From: Gracilinanus agilis
Lineage: Eukaryota
Reading direction: 5' to 3'
Length of the DNA stretch: 64,000 nucleotides
Assembly (NCBI RefSeq): GCF_016433145.1
Contig: NC_058133.1
Span: 458,484,590-458,548,589, forward strand
Positions 51,188 to 62,276 of the stretch are shown here, piece by piece. Below the pieces are notes generated by a model. That model was not told the origin of the DNA and ran no database searches. It was given only the letters and a program-made list of their open reading frames with translations. Positions within the stretch are counted from its first letter, which is position 1. Each line of letters begins with the position of its first letter. The position numbers and the translations under genes were made by a program.

Positions 51188-52283
51188 GTACCCCCCAATC
51201 CACTCTCCCCGTTCACTTCCCAGGTCAGATTGTCCAAGAGCCCTTAAGTATCTGAGCTCCAGCATCTCCTGGGCACATATCCAGGGTGCTAGAGCCAGAA
51301 GACATGTTGGCCCTATGAATGATATACCTTTCAGAGCCCACGTCTGCCTCTAACCTTCAGGGGATGGCATGGAATTAAGTTCATCTTATCCTGTTCTTTT
51401 AGGGATAAATAAGAGAGATTAGTAACCATGGAAACCCAGAGGGAAATGATATTTTTATGCAAGGGACTAACAAATGAACATCTGTGTAGATTCCTGGTTC
51501 TCCCAAATTTCTATTCCATTTAAGTCTAATCCAGCTTGATTTTATAACAATTTTCCCAGTCCACTTTTGAGAATCTTAACTTTTTCTTGAGGGGAGAATT
51601 ACCATCACTGTCTCCTAAGGCACAGAGGGGTCTCTTACCACATCCATCCTTCTCTTGCCGTGGCACCGAATGGTATCCAGGCTCAAATGTGGATGAAAAG
51701 ACATGCTCCATTAATGCTGATTACTGTTGGCTATTGAGTTCTGAATGGCTTCCTTAAAAAGGAGCGAGGAGAAAGAGAGAAGCTGTGGGTGGGTGGTCAG
51801 TCCATTCACAGAAACCTCGGAACTGAAACTGGGGGAAGAGAGGTGAAATAGGAGATTTGGGCTGTCTGCCAGAGCACTTCTGTTATGAAAACCTGCAAAT
51901 CACCTGTGAGTCATGGATGATGAAAGGGGATGGAGTTGAGGGTCAGGAGGAGACTCCTATTCTCTTCTCCCAGCCTACCTCTGGTTCTTTTGCCTCTGCT
52001 ATAAAACAAGGAAGCTACATCTTAAATATGAAAATTCTATTTTGAGAGAGTTTCATTTTCCAAGGATAGAGATTATGATCACTCATTATCATCAGCCCTT
52101 TATTGCAATTCAGTCCTTATTCAAACTTGCTCCTCCCTCTTCTTATTCTGGGCTGGTTTACTTTGGGGAAAAATGCCTGTTTGGGTTCTATTCCCAGCCT
52201 TCCCTGGAAGAGCTCTGATTTGTTCTCTAAATCAGTGCCGGGAGGGCCTGACATCCTGAGCTTGTCCCCATTCCTTCCTGCAG

Positions 52284-52457
52284 ATCCATTCACTCTGCTT
52301 CAACGACTGTACCTTCTCCATCACCAATGCAGCCAGAACTTTCAGCTATGATTTCTCAGCCTTGGCGAATCCTCTCTCTCTGTCTGGGGGACCAAGCTTT
52401 ACTTCCAAAGGGCTCAAATATTTCCACCACTTTACCCTCAGCCTCTGTGGAAATCAG
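52284..52457 (+). CDS. ELAPOR1: ELAPOR1 exon 15 (174 nt): [58 protein letters not shown]
   Basis: ttccttcctgcag acceptor; gtaaaa donor. Confidence 0.96.
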
Positions 52458-53137
52458 GTAAAATGTCTGCAAGTGTATCTGTGGGGAGAAAACTTGGGAA
52501 AGTCTGCTGATCAGAGAGGGACTAAATATTTGATGGCCCAGAAAAAAAATAGGGAAGCACTTTCTCCCTCCAGGACATTTTCTTTTCTTGAATAATTAAA
52601 ACTTTGGGGTTATCTTTTTTTTTTCAACTGTTTTTGAAAATAGAATTCAATAAACATTGATTAAATGCCCAAATGCAAAGCATTAAGCCAGATGCTGAAG
52701 AAGATATAAAAATGAGTATGATGTGATCCCTATTTTCATAGAGTTTATTATTTAGTAAAAGGGCATTATGTATAAAAGACTAGCTATGCAAGATAGTATA
52801 AAATAAGTGCACAAGAGAGGAATAAAGTGCAATTTGGGGTTCCAGAAAAGGAAAAATCATTTAAAGATATTTGGGAGGGGCAAAAAAGGAAGAAGCATTT
52901 ATATGAAACCTGGTATATGTCAGGCACTGTGCTAAGTGCTTTTTAAAAATATTGTCTTACTTGATCCTTGTAACTTCTGGAAGGTAAGAGCTGTTATTAT
53001 CCTCATTTTCCAATTGAGAAAACTGAGGCAAACATGTTAAGTGACTTACTCAGGGTCATACAGCTACTAGTATCTGAGGTCAGATTTGAACTCAAGTCTT
53101 CTTGACTGGCCATGCCACCTAGCTGCCCAGGATTTAG

Positions 53138-54018
53138 GAAACTCATTGACTAAATTTTTTAAACCCTTAGGTTCTGACTTAGAATCAGTACTATCAGTTC
53201 TAAGATAGAAGATAGTAGGGGGCAGCTCAGTGGATTGAGAGCCAGGCCTAGAGACAAGAAGTCCTAGGTTCAGATCTGGCCTCAGACACTTCCCAGCTGT
53301 GTGACCCTGGGCAAGTCACTTGACCCCCATTGCCTAGTCCTTACCACACTTCTGCCTTGGAGCCAGTACACAGTATTGACTCCAAGATGGAAGGTAAGGG
53401 TTTTAAAAAAAAAAAAAGATAGAAGATAGTAAATGATAGGGAATTGGGATCAGATGACTTGTTCATACTAGGAAGTATCTAGGGTCAGATTTGACTCCAA
53501 GCTTGGTGCTATATCCACTGAGCCACCCAACTGCCCTGGAAGTTCATTGAGTTTTTTTGTTTATTTGTTTTTAATTTCATTTTTATTACCACACAAAACA
53601 CACTTCTATGTTGGTCATTGTTGTAAGAGCACACTCATACAGAACCAAAACCCCCAAATAAAAACTTAAATACCCCGATGTGAAAGATATTATGATTTGA
53701 TCCCCATCCAGCCAACTCCAACAGTTCTTTCTCTGGAGGCAAATAGCCTTCCATGTCATATGTCTTTCAAGACTGTCCCAGATCATTTCATTGCTGAAGC
53801 TCATTGATTTTTTTTTAATTTTTTTTAAACCCTTAACTTCTATGTATTGGCTCCTAGGTGGAAGAGTGGTAAGGGTAGGCAATGGGGGTCAAGTGACTTG
53901 CCCAGGGTCACACAGCTGGGAAGTGTCTGAGGCTGGATTCGAACCTAGGACCTCCTGTCTCTAGGCCTGACTCTCACTCCACTGAGCTACCCAGCTGCCC
54001 CGAAGCTCATTGAGTTTT
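53138..54018 (-). mobile_element. Stack of old SINE, L1 fragment and young SINE1_Mdo (all minus), with a + strand SINE (53219-53415) nested in the first
   Basis: Four copies of gaa(g)ctcattga separate the elements. The nested SINE has TSD aagatagaagatagta (53202, 53416). Confidence 0.8.
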
Positions 54019-54739
54019 GAAGGATTCTTAGGAATTTGGCAGAGAATGGGGTGAGGGGGTAGAAAGAGAATTTAAGGCATTGGTTATGGCACAAGCAAAG
54101 GCTTTCAAGACAATAAAACACTAAACATGAATGGAAAAGGGTTAAGAAATCCAGTTTGCCAGAGTAGGGCAGTACTGTGAAAATCCAAAAAATTGGAGTC
54201 GAGCCTTAAATACCAGGTAAGAAATGTGGGCTTCATTTGGTAGCTGCTAGGAGGTTTTTTAAGGCTTTAAAGAATTGTGAAGGAAGCAAGACATGAATTT
54301 ATATACACATAAGGAAAAATCTTGCATTGGTGTAGAACATGATCTGGAAAGGGTTTCATCTCTGTCCTTTTAACACAATTCTCAGTAATGTGTACTACGT
54401 GCTACTAAAATGTGCCAAGGACACAAGGTTGGGACTGAAAGCCACAATGAGTGATAGAATCACACAATCCGTATTTGTAGTCCAAAGGCTAAGGTTCTCC
54501 ATTTCTTATTCCCTGTGACCTTGAGCAAGATCCTTAACCTACTTTGTTTTCTTTTTCTGTAAAAAGAAGGGGGATGTATTTGAGACGGAGGACCTGGGTT
54601 CGAATATTGTGTTTACTACTGCTTAGTAGAGGCAATATGGAGGCAGCGAGGTGGTACAGTATAGATGGAGTGCTGAGTGGAGTATCTTAATCTTCCTGAG
54701 TTCAAATCTAGCCTTAAATTCACCACCTCCCCAATTACT

Positions 54740-55660
54740 TTCAGAAACCATTTTTGACCATTATTTACTGACATCTTATGATTCAGATTCTCTCCCTCCC
54801 TCCTTCCCCTAGCAGTAATATAGTTTGATATAGTTTATGCCAGTGCTTTCAGGCAATACCCATTTCCATATTCCCCATGCCATGATAGAAGACACATTTC
54901 ACACATATAATTTAAAAAAACACAACAAATGAAAGAAATAAAGTGGAAAATGGTGTGGTTTGATCTGTAATCATATTCCAACAGTTCCTTCTTTGGGTGG
55001 GGAATAGCAATTTTTATCATAAGTCCATTGGGGTTATCGTGAAACCTTCTTTTGCTGATAATAATCGAGTCCTTCACAGCTGATCATCATATAATATTTC
55101 TGTTACCTGGTTCTGCTGGTTCGGTTCGTTTCACTTTGCATCAGTTCATATAAGTCTTTCCAGGTTTTTCTGAACTCATCCTGTTTGTCATTTCTTATTT
55201 TTATTTAAAATTTTTTATTTTTAAATATTTTTCTATGGATGCAAAATTCATTTTCTCTCCCTCCCCTATTCCCTCCCCACACGCAGAGCTGACAAGCAAT
55301 TCCACTGGGTGATACAAGTATTATCACTTGATACCTCTGTCATTTCTTATGGTATAATGGTGTTTCATTACAACCATATATCACAACTTGTTCAGCCACT
55401 CCCCAGTGGATGGGCACCCCCTTAGTTTCCAATTCTTTGCCACTACAAAAAGAACTGCTAAAAATATTTTTATACAAGTAGGTCCTTTTCCCCTCTCTCT
55501 GAACTCTTTGGGATACAGACCCAGTAGTAGTATTGCTGGGTCAGAGGGTATGAATAGTTTTATGACCCTTTGGATGTGGTTCCAGAATGCTCTTCAGAAT
55601 GACAATGTTTTAATGTTCTAATTTTCCCATATCCCCTCCAACATTTATCATTCTTGGATA
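54740..55660 (-). mobile_element. Old L1 3' region with a nested younger L1 tail (about 55195-55335)
   Basis: Same antisense ORF2-end motifs as 265-565. Confidence 0.65.
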
Positions 55661-57804
55661 CTTCTTAGTTTGGTGGTCCTGGGAAAGTCACTTAACCCTG
55701 TTTGCCTCAGTTTCCTCATCTATAAAATGAAATGGCCAACCACTCCAATATCTTTGCCAAGAAAACTCCAAACAGGATCAAGAAGAGTTAAGCATGGCTG
55801 AAGACAACTCAACAACAGCAAAAGAATCAATATGACATAGGATCCCAGAGTCATAAATTTAGAGCTGAAAGGGATATCGAAAGTCATCGAATATAACCCC
55901 TCATTTTATAGTCACGAGAGTCAGGAAGACTTGACATTCCACCTCTGAGGTTTATTTCCTTGTGGGGCCCTGGACTAAGTCTCTTAGCCTTCTTATGCCC
56001 ATTCTTTCATATGTTTCTAATAATTAACCACTGTGGGCAGCTGGGTATTTAGGGCAGACCTAAATACAGGAGGTTCTAGGTTCAAATTTGACCTCAGACA
56101 CTTCCTATCTGTGTGACCCTGGGCAAGTTACTTAACCCCAATTGCCTAGTCCTTACCGTTCTTCTACCTTGGAACCAATACATAGTATTGATTCTAAGGT
56201 GGAAGGTAAGGATTAAAAAAAAATTAAGCACTGATGTGCCCACAGAGGCTGAAGTACACTTCTCTAGGAAGGGGTCCCTCTGCTCTGGGCACAGGTCTGC
56301 ATCCCTGGACCAGGTTCAGTCCTGGGGGAGCTGCTGCTAATAAGAGACTTAAGCGTCCCTTTTCCCACTCTTTTCACCTAATTAACTCTCTACCCCAGAA
56401 GTCCATGACTGATTTACTTATAGCTTAGAGGTTTTGGTTCATATCTAGGATTTACCCAAAAAGGAGGACTAGAGAGGTACTCAATATATGTATGATATGA
56501 ATCAGGTATGGGACAGGTATTTATTTCCTTCCTACAAAAAAAGTGCCTAATACAGAATACTCACAAGAATCAATTTAATAAAAATGAACTTAAAACAGAA
56601 TTTAGTGACTTAGAACTACTGGTATAGTCTTTTCTGGGAAGCTGATCATTAAACCACAACAAAGCATAAAACAGTTCCTGAGTCTTCTGAAAAGATATAG
56701 CCACATTTCATTTTGACTCGGCATTGTTCAAATAAGTCCCAGTTATTCACCTACCAGTGGTCACTTTCTCTAGTGGAAAAGTTTCCTTTGATCCAAATGA
56801 GTTAGGAAGTATTGTATCTCTGGTTCTCTTGAACCCACAAGATCACTTCTTCTTTTTTTATAAAGATATTTTATTTACCAGTTACTTCATAATAGCAATT
56901 TTAAGGTCACTTCTAAGAGTAGATACATGCACCTTGAAGTTGATGCTTAATTGTCTTCTCAGGAAAGGAAACACAGAGCAGAAAATGTAGTCAGGGATCA
57001 AGCTACCAGCTTGGCTAGTTGAAGAACCCCTATTCTAGCTGTCTTGTGAGAGCAATCACTGGGGTGCCAGAGTGGGAAAAGAAGAAAGCAAAGGAATAAA
57101 CTTTTTCTTTTTAAACCCTTACCTTCAGTCTTCGAATCAATACTGTGTACTGGTTCCAAGGCAGAAAAGTAGTAAGGGCTAGGCAATGGGGGTTAAGTGA
57201 CTTGACCAGGGTCACCCATCTAGAAGTGTCTGAGGTCAAATTTGAACCCAGGACCTCCCTTCCCTGGGCCTGATTCTCAATCCACCGAGCCACTCAGCTA
57301 CCTCCAAAATATATATTAAGTGCCTACTATGTGCCAGGTATTGTGTAACATGCTTTACAGTATGATCTCATTCAATCCTCACAACAACCATGTGAGGGAG
57401 ATGCTATCATTACTGCCATTTTACAGTTGAAGAAGCTGAAGCAGACAGAGGATAAGTGACTTGCCAAGGTCCCATAGCTAGGAAGTGTCTGACTGCATTT
57501 GAACTCAGATGTTCCCAGCTCCAGGCTCAGCACCCTATCCACTGTACCACCTAGTTATGCTTCCCTGCCATGAATGTCTCAGACCCACAGATTGTCTTTC
57601 CTTTTAAAAGGTCCCTGAGGAGGGAAAGAATATGAATCATGTAACTGTGGGAAAATCTTCTAAATTAATTAAATAAATATTTTTTTAAAAAATAAAAGGT
57701 TCCCTGAGTCATTGGCTCCTCTAGCTCAGCAGATAATAAGGGGATTATTTCATCATCTCAGTGCATTTTCTCCAATGATGTGTCACTTTTAGTGGGAAAA
57801 TGTT

Positions 57805-57875
57805 TATATATATGTATACATACATATATATATATATATATACACACACAAATATACATACATATACACATGTAT
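57805..57875. repeat. (TA)n/(CA)n mixed microsatellite
   Basis: Direct reading. Confidence 0.85.
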
Positions 57876-58192
57876 AGGCTAGGAGGAAAAGATAGAGGCA
57901 ACTCAGAACAAGTCTCAACCCATAGAGTAACCTCAAATCTGAAGCGATCTCAAGCCATCTTACAAGGAAAACGTCTCTTACTCACAGAAAGATGAGGATG
58001 CCCCATGTAGAGTCTCAAAAGCCCGGACACGGGGGACTGGGTGCTCATCTTCTCTCTCCCTTGTAATTAAGTCTGAAATGAGTCATTCCCTTCTTCTGGA
58101 CCACAGAAAAACTGAAATCTTAGATGTTAACCAGTTTGTCCCCTCTTCTCCTTTGAAGGTTTCCCCTAACCATTGATTCACTTCTTCCCCAG

Positions 58193-58373
58193 GGTAAGAA
58201 AATGGCTTCATGCACAGATAATGTCACTGACATCCGGATCCCTGAGGGGGATTCAGGCTTCTCTAAATCCATCACATCCTATGCCTGTCAGTCAGTCATC
58301 ATCCCCCCTGAGGTGACAGGCTATAAGGCTGGAGTCTCCTCACAGCCCGTCAGCCTTGCTGATCGACTTGTAG
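58193..58373 (+). CDS. ELAPOR1: ELAPOR1 exon 16 (181 nt): [60 protein letters not shown]
   Basis: cttcttccccag acceptor; gtgagt donor; absent from the ORF track. Confidence 0.96.
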
Positions 58374-58745
58374 GTGAGTGACACAGTCAGCCAGGTCTCG
58401 AGTATAGATGAAAAGTCCCAAAATTCTGCTAAGCACATAGAAGACCTTCAATAAATACTTGAATGAACTAGTGAAGAAGGAAATGAATGAAGAAAAAGAC
58501 TGTGTGCATCAATGGTTAGAGATTCAGACTGGGCATGGGAATTTGTGGATTCTATTTCTAATTCTGTTCCTGATTCCCCGTGTTTCTTTGTTCCTTTTTG
58601 GACCTTCCCCCCATTTGTTTGCTGCCTCCAGGGATAAGATAAGTTTGGGTTTGCAAAACCTGGTGAGATTCAGGACTGAGAGGAATGAGGCAGTTCTCAG
58701 CTTGGGCTCCTGCTGAGAATTAATTGGAGGGCTTTGCTTTGACAG

Positions 58746-58842
58746 GAGTGACAACAAATATGAACCTAGATGGAATCATCTCCCCAGCTGACCTTTTTCC
58801 CTCTGAAACTCTAAGGTTACCTGATGTGATCTTCTTTTACAG
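58746..58842 (+). CDS. ELAPOR1: ELAPOR1 exon 17 (97 nt): (G)VTTNMNLDGIISPADLFPSETLRLPDVIFFY(R)
   Basis: tttgacag acceptor; gtgagg donor. Confidence 0.95.
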
Positions 58843-59736
58843 GTGAGGCACTATTCAGAGGTCTGTTAAATAAATAACTGTCCATGGGTGAGTTAGAGGG
58901 TTCTCTTGCATCCATCCATCCATCTTTGGCCATACATCAAAACATGAAATTACTGTGACCTGTGAAGCATCTGCCCATAAAGTACAATTAAGGTCTACAG
59001 TCCACTGACCCAGAATCTTCTGGAATTCTGTATTATTCTTGGAGCTCTTCTGTCCTGGAGCAGGAGGGAAAGCTTAGATGGACTCTGTAAGGCTCTTTAA
59101 AGGAGAATCTAAAGATTCTCCAGTTCCATATCAGTCAAACAACAAGTTTTTCTTGAATGTCTACCATGTGCCAAGCACTGTGCTAGCTACCTAGGGTAGA
59201 AGTAGAAAGAATCAAATAATGCTGCTAACATATTGGCCATGTCTGAAAATGTATGCCTCATTCTGCCTCTGCTCTGCAGAGGGGTATTTTTTTTTAACCC
59301 ATACCTTTTTCTTAGAATCAATACTGTGTATTAGTTCCAAGCAGAAGAGTGATAAGAGCTAGGCAATGTGAGTTAAGGGACTTGCCCAGAGTCACACACA
59401 GTGTTTGAGGTCAAATTTGAACCCAGGACCTCTTGTCTCTAGACCTGGCCACCTAGCTGCCCCCAGGCTTTCTACCACTTCTTTGCTGATAGATGGGAGG
59501 ATATGCTTTACCATCAAGCTCTCTGATTTTCTAACTAACTCATCCTTTTCCCCTTTCCTGAGGCTCCCAATCTGTCTCCCTTCCCCTTTTAAATATGAAC
59601 AAACCAAGGTCATCTGTACTTTCTCCCTTTGTGTCCTATAACCCAAGCAGAGGGCCTTAGTTCCCTGCCAGGTTACTCCTCAGGAGCACCCACAGGTGTT
59701 TGTGGATTCCTCCAAATGGTCTGGATTCCTTTGCAG

Positions 59737-59838
59737 GTCTAATGAAGTGACACAATCCTGTACTTCTGGGAGATCAACCACAGTGCGGGTCAGATGCAAT
59801 CCACTGAAACCTGCCCCTGGAAGCCTCTCGTTGCCAGT
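59737..59838 (+). CDS. ELAPOR1: ELAPOR1 exon 18 (102 nt): [33 protein letters not shown](V)
   Basis: ttcctttgcag acceptor. The frame requires the donor gtaagc at 59839, not the GT 2 nt upstream. Confidence 0.93.
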
Positions 59839-61199
59839 GTAAGCATAAAAATGGGGAGCCCTGAAGCCTAGAGAATATTCTTTTCCTGAACTACTTATTT
59901 CCTCCATCTCTCAGGAGATGGTTAAAGGGAAGGTAGGGGGAAGGCACCTTGGACTTCCTCAGGGGTCCTTGGGGGTACAAAGAGTCCTGAACCCTCAACA
60001 GACTAAGGAACCAATCAATCAAAAAAGCATTTATTATGATACAGTATAGTATATGATATATCATGTATTATATAATATATATTGTGTATTTATGATATAA
60101 TAATATATTATGTGTAGTATTATAAGCACCTATTATGTACCACACACTGAGCTGGGTCTTGGGGACAGAAAGACAGAAATTAAATAGTCACCACCCTCAA
60201 AGAACTTCCTATTTAGGGGAAACAACATGAACACACATAGGTACAAAATATATGTGAAGCAAATAAATACAAGACACTCTCAGGAAAGTAGTTATCAATA
60301 TTAACGGCTATGGGCATTGGGAAAGGCTTCAAGTCCAGCTCTAAAGGGACCTAGTGATTTTGAGGGAAGAGATGAAGGAGAACATCCCAAGAAAGGCCAA
60401 CAGCACATGTGAAGGTTCAGGAATGAGAGATGGGATGAGGAACTGCTAAAGGGCCAGTTTGGCTGGACTGTAGAATATATGAAAGGGAATAATATCTAAT
60501 TAGCCTGGAAAGGTAGGTTGGAGTCAGATTTCAAAGGGCTTTCACAGAGGAAAGGGCTGTACCAATGAAAGAAATTAAATCAATCCTCTACAGTCACACT
60601 ACAAATGCAGATGGTTATAGATCATGCTGCTCTGACTAATTTGTTTGACACAGACTATCACAAGCTTCTGTCTCTAAATTCTCTCTCTATTTAGTTGGTT
60701 CTTTAAAGAGGACAGGGACAGACTGAGGATTCCCAGCCATTGTCAAAGGGATGGGAGATACCATCCGTAAAGGACCTACCTACATGTGTGATTTGAAGAC
60801 TCACCCTTAGTGGCCACATCCTGTAATCAATCTACTAAGTAGGGAGCTAAAAATGGTAGAAGGGCATGAGTGGCTGAGGAGGGAGGCTATGTGAGCATCA
60901 TACTGCCAGGAGAGACCTTGATGGGCAAAGAGGTTGGGGTACAGTGGGTAACACCAAACAGAGGAGACAACATAGGATTGGAAGAGGCACCTATGATATA
61001 TATTATTTGTGTACAATGATGTTAAAGCTGGCCACCAATGATCAAGACCTCCATGTTAACAAGAGGGAATCAAAGTTTGGGAGAAATATGGAGGATTTGG
61101 GCAACAAACAAAAAATAAATAAATCGGAGAACCTATGACAAGGGTTGTGCGCCAGGATTTTCCACCATGGATAATGCTTTCCTTTCTCTCTCCTGCTAG

Positions 61200-61326
61200 G
61201 AAATGCTCTGATGGCACTTGTGATGGCTGCACCTTCCACTTCCTATTGGAGAGCATGAGTGCTTGCCCCCTTTGTTCCAGCTTTGACTACCATGCTATCA
61301 TCAGTAGCTGTGTAGCCGGAATCCAG
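61200..61326 (+). CDS. ELAPOR1: ELAPOR1 exon 19 (127 nt): [42 protein letters not shown]
   Basis: tctcctgctag acceptor; gtaaag donor; followed by an 81-nt intron. Confidence 0.96.
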
Positions 61327-61407
61327 GTAAAGTCTCCTGGTTGAGTATTCACTAATCCAGGCATAGTAAAGCTTTGATGCTAAATTCCTTGTTTCCCTCC
61401 CCAACAG

Positions 61408-61586
61408 AGAACCACTTATGTGTGGCGAGAACCGAAGCTGTGTACAGGAGGCATCTCCCTGCCTGACCAGAGTGTCACCATCTGCAAAACGATGGATTTT
61501 TGGCTCAAAGTAGGCATCTCTGCAGGCACCTGTGCTGCCATTCTTCTCACTGTCATGACCTGTTACTTCTGGAAAAAGAACCAAAA
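61408..61586 (+). CDS. ELAPOR1: ELAPOR1 exon 20 (179 nt) with TM helix: [12 protein letters not shown]...[29 protein letters not shown](K)
   Basis: ccccaacag acceptor; gtacgt donor; hydrophobic stretch followed by KKNQK stop-transfer. Confidence 0.96.
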
Positions 61587-62110
61587 GTACGTGACTAAGA
61601 TATTTGGTAGAGGGATGGAGTATAAAGGTAGAGGGTATAGAGCTGGGTGGCTGGGAGGAACATCCCATTCTCAGAAGTCAGAATTGCTGGGATCTTTTCC
61701 TGCACCAGGCTTCAACCTTGTAAATCTAAAGCTAACCACTTAACTTCTATCTTTATGCCTCTTAAATGAGGATTATGATATTGGCCATCACCATCAGGAG
61801 TGCGTTAGAAATTGAATAGTTGGAAATCCTCAAATGAAAATAAGTGGAGGACATGTTTATTTTTCATTTTGCTATTACTCTGAATTCTTTTTACTTCCAT
61901 TGCATTTGGTTATATTTCTATTGTGCTTTGAAATTCACTGAGTCAGCCTCCATTAGAAAACAGATCACTGGAATGAGAGCCAACCTTGCCACCTCCAGCC
62001 TGTAACCCACTTTCCCTTACTCTGTTTCTAGGAAATGACTGTTTCTAGACCAGTTCACTTACACGTCATCAACGAAAACTGATGTGATTTCCTGTCCTTC
62101 TCTTTCATAG

Positions 62111-62276
62111 ACTGGAGTACAAATATTCCAAATTGGTAATGAATGCCACCCTTAAAGACTGTGATCTGCCTGCTGCTGACAGCTGTGCCATCATGGAAGG
62201 CGAGGATGTAGAGGATGATCTCATTTTCACCAGCAAAAAGTCACTCTTTGGGAAAATCAGGTCGTTCACTTCTAAG
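62111..62276 (+). CDS. ELAPOR1: ELAPOR1 exon 21 (166 nt), cytoplasmic tail: [55 protein letters not shown]
   Basis: tctttcatag acceptor; gtaggc donor. No stop codon, so a further exon is needed. Confidence 0.96.

Larger units (their letters stand above)
17622..62276 (+). other. ELAPOR1: ELAPOR1/KIAA1324 gene body (coding exons 2-21); type I membrane protein with Cys-rich repeats, an MRH-like domain, one TM helix and a cytoplasmic tail
   Basis: 20 exons read by hand. All visible splice sites are GT-AG and phases chain without a frameshift. The translation is colinear with human ELAPOR1 as I recall it. Confidence 0.97.

Noticed and set aside
50885-51265. 126-aa antisense ORF and alternate-frame ORF over exon 14
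   Set aside because: Shadow of a GC-rich coding exon; no independent support
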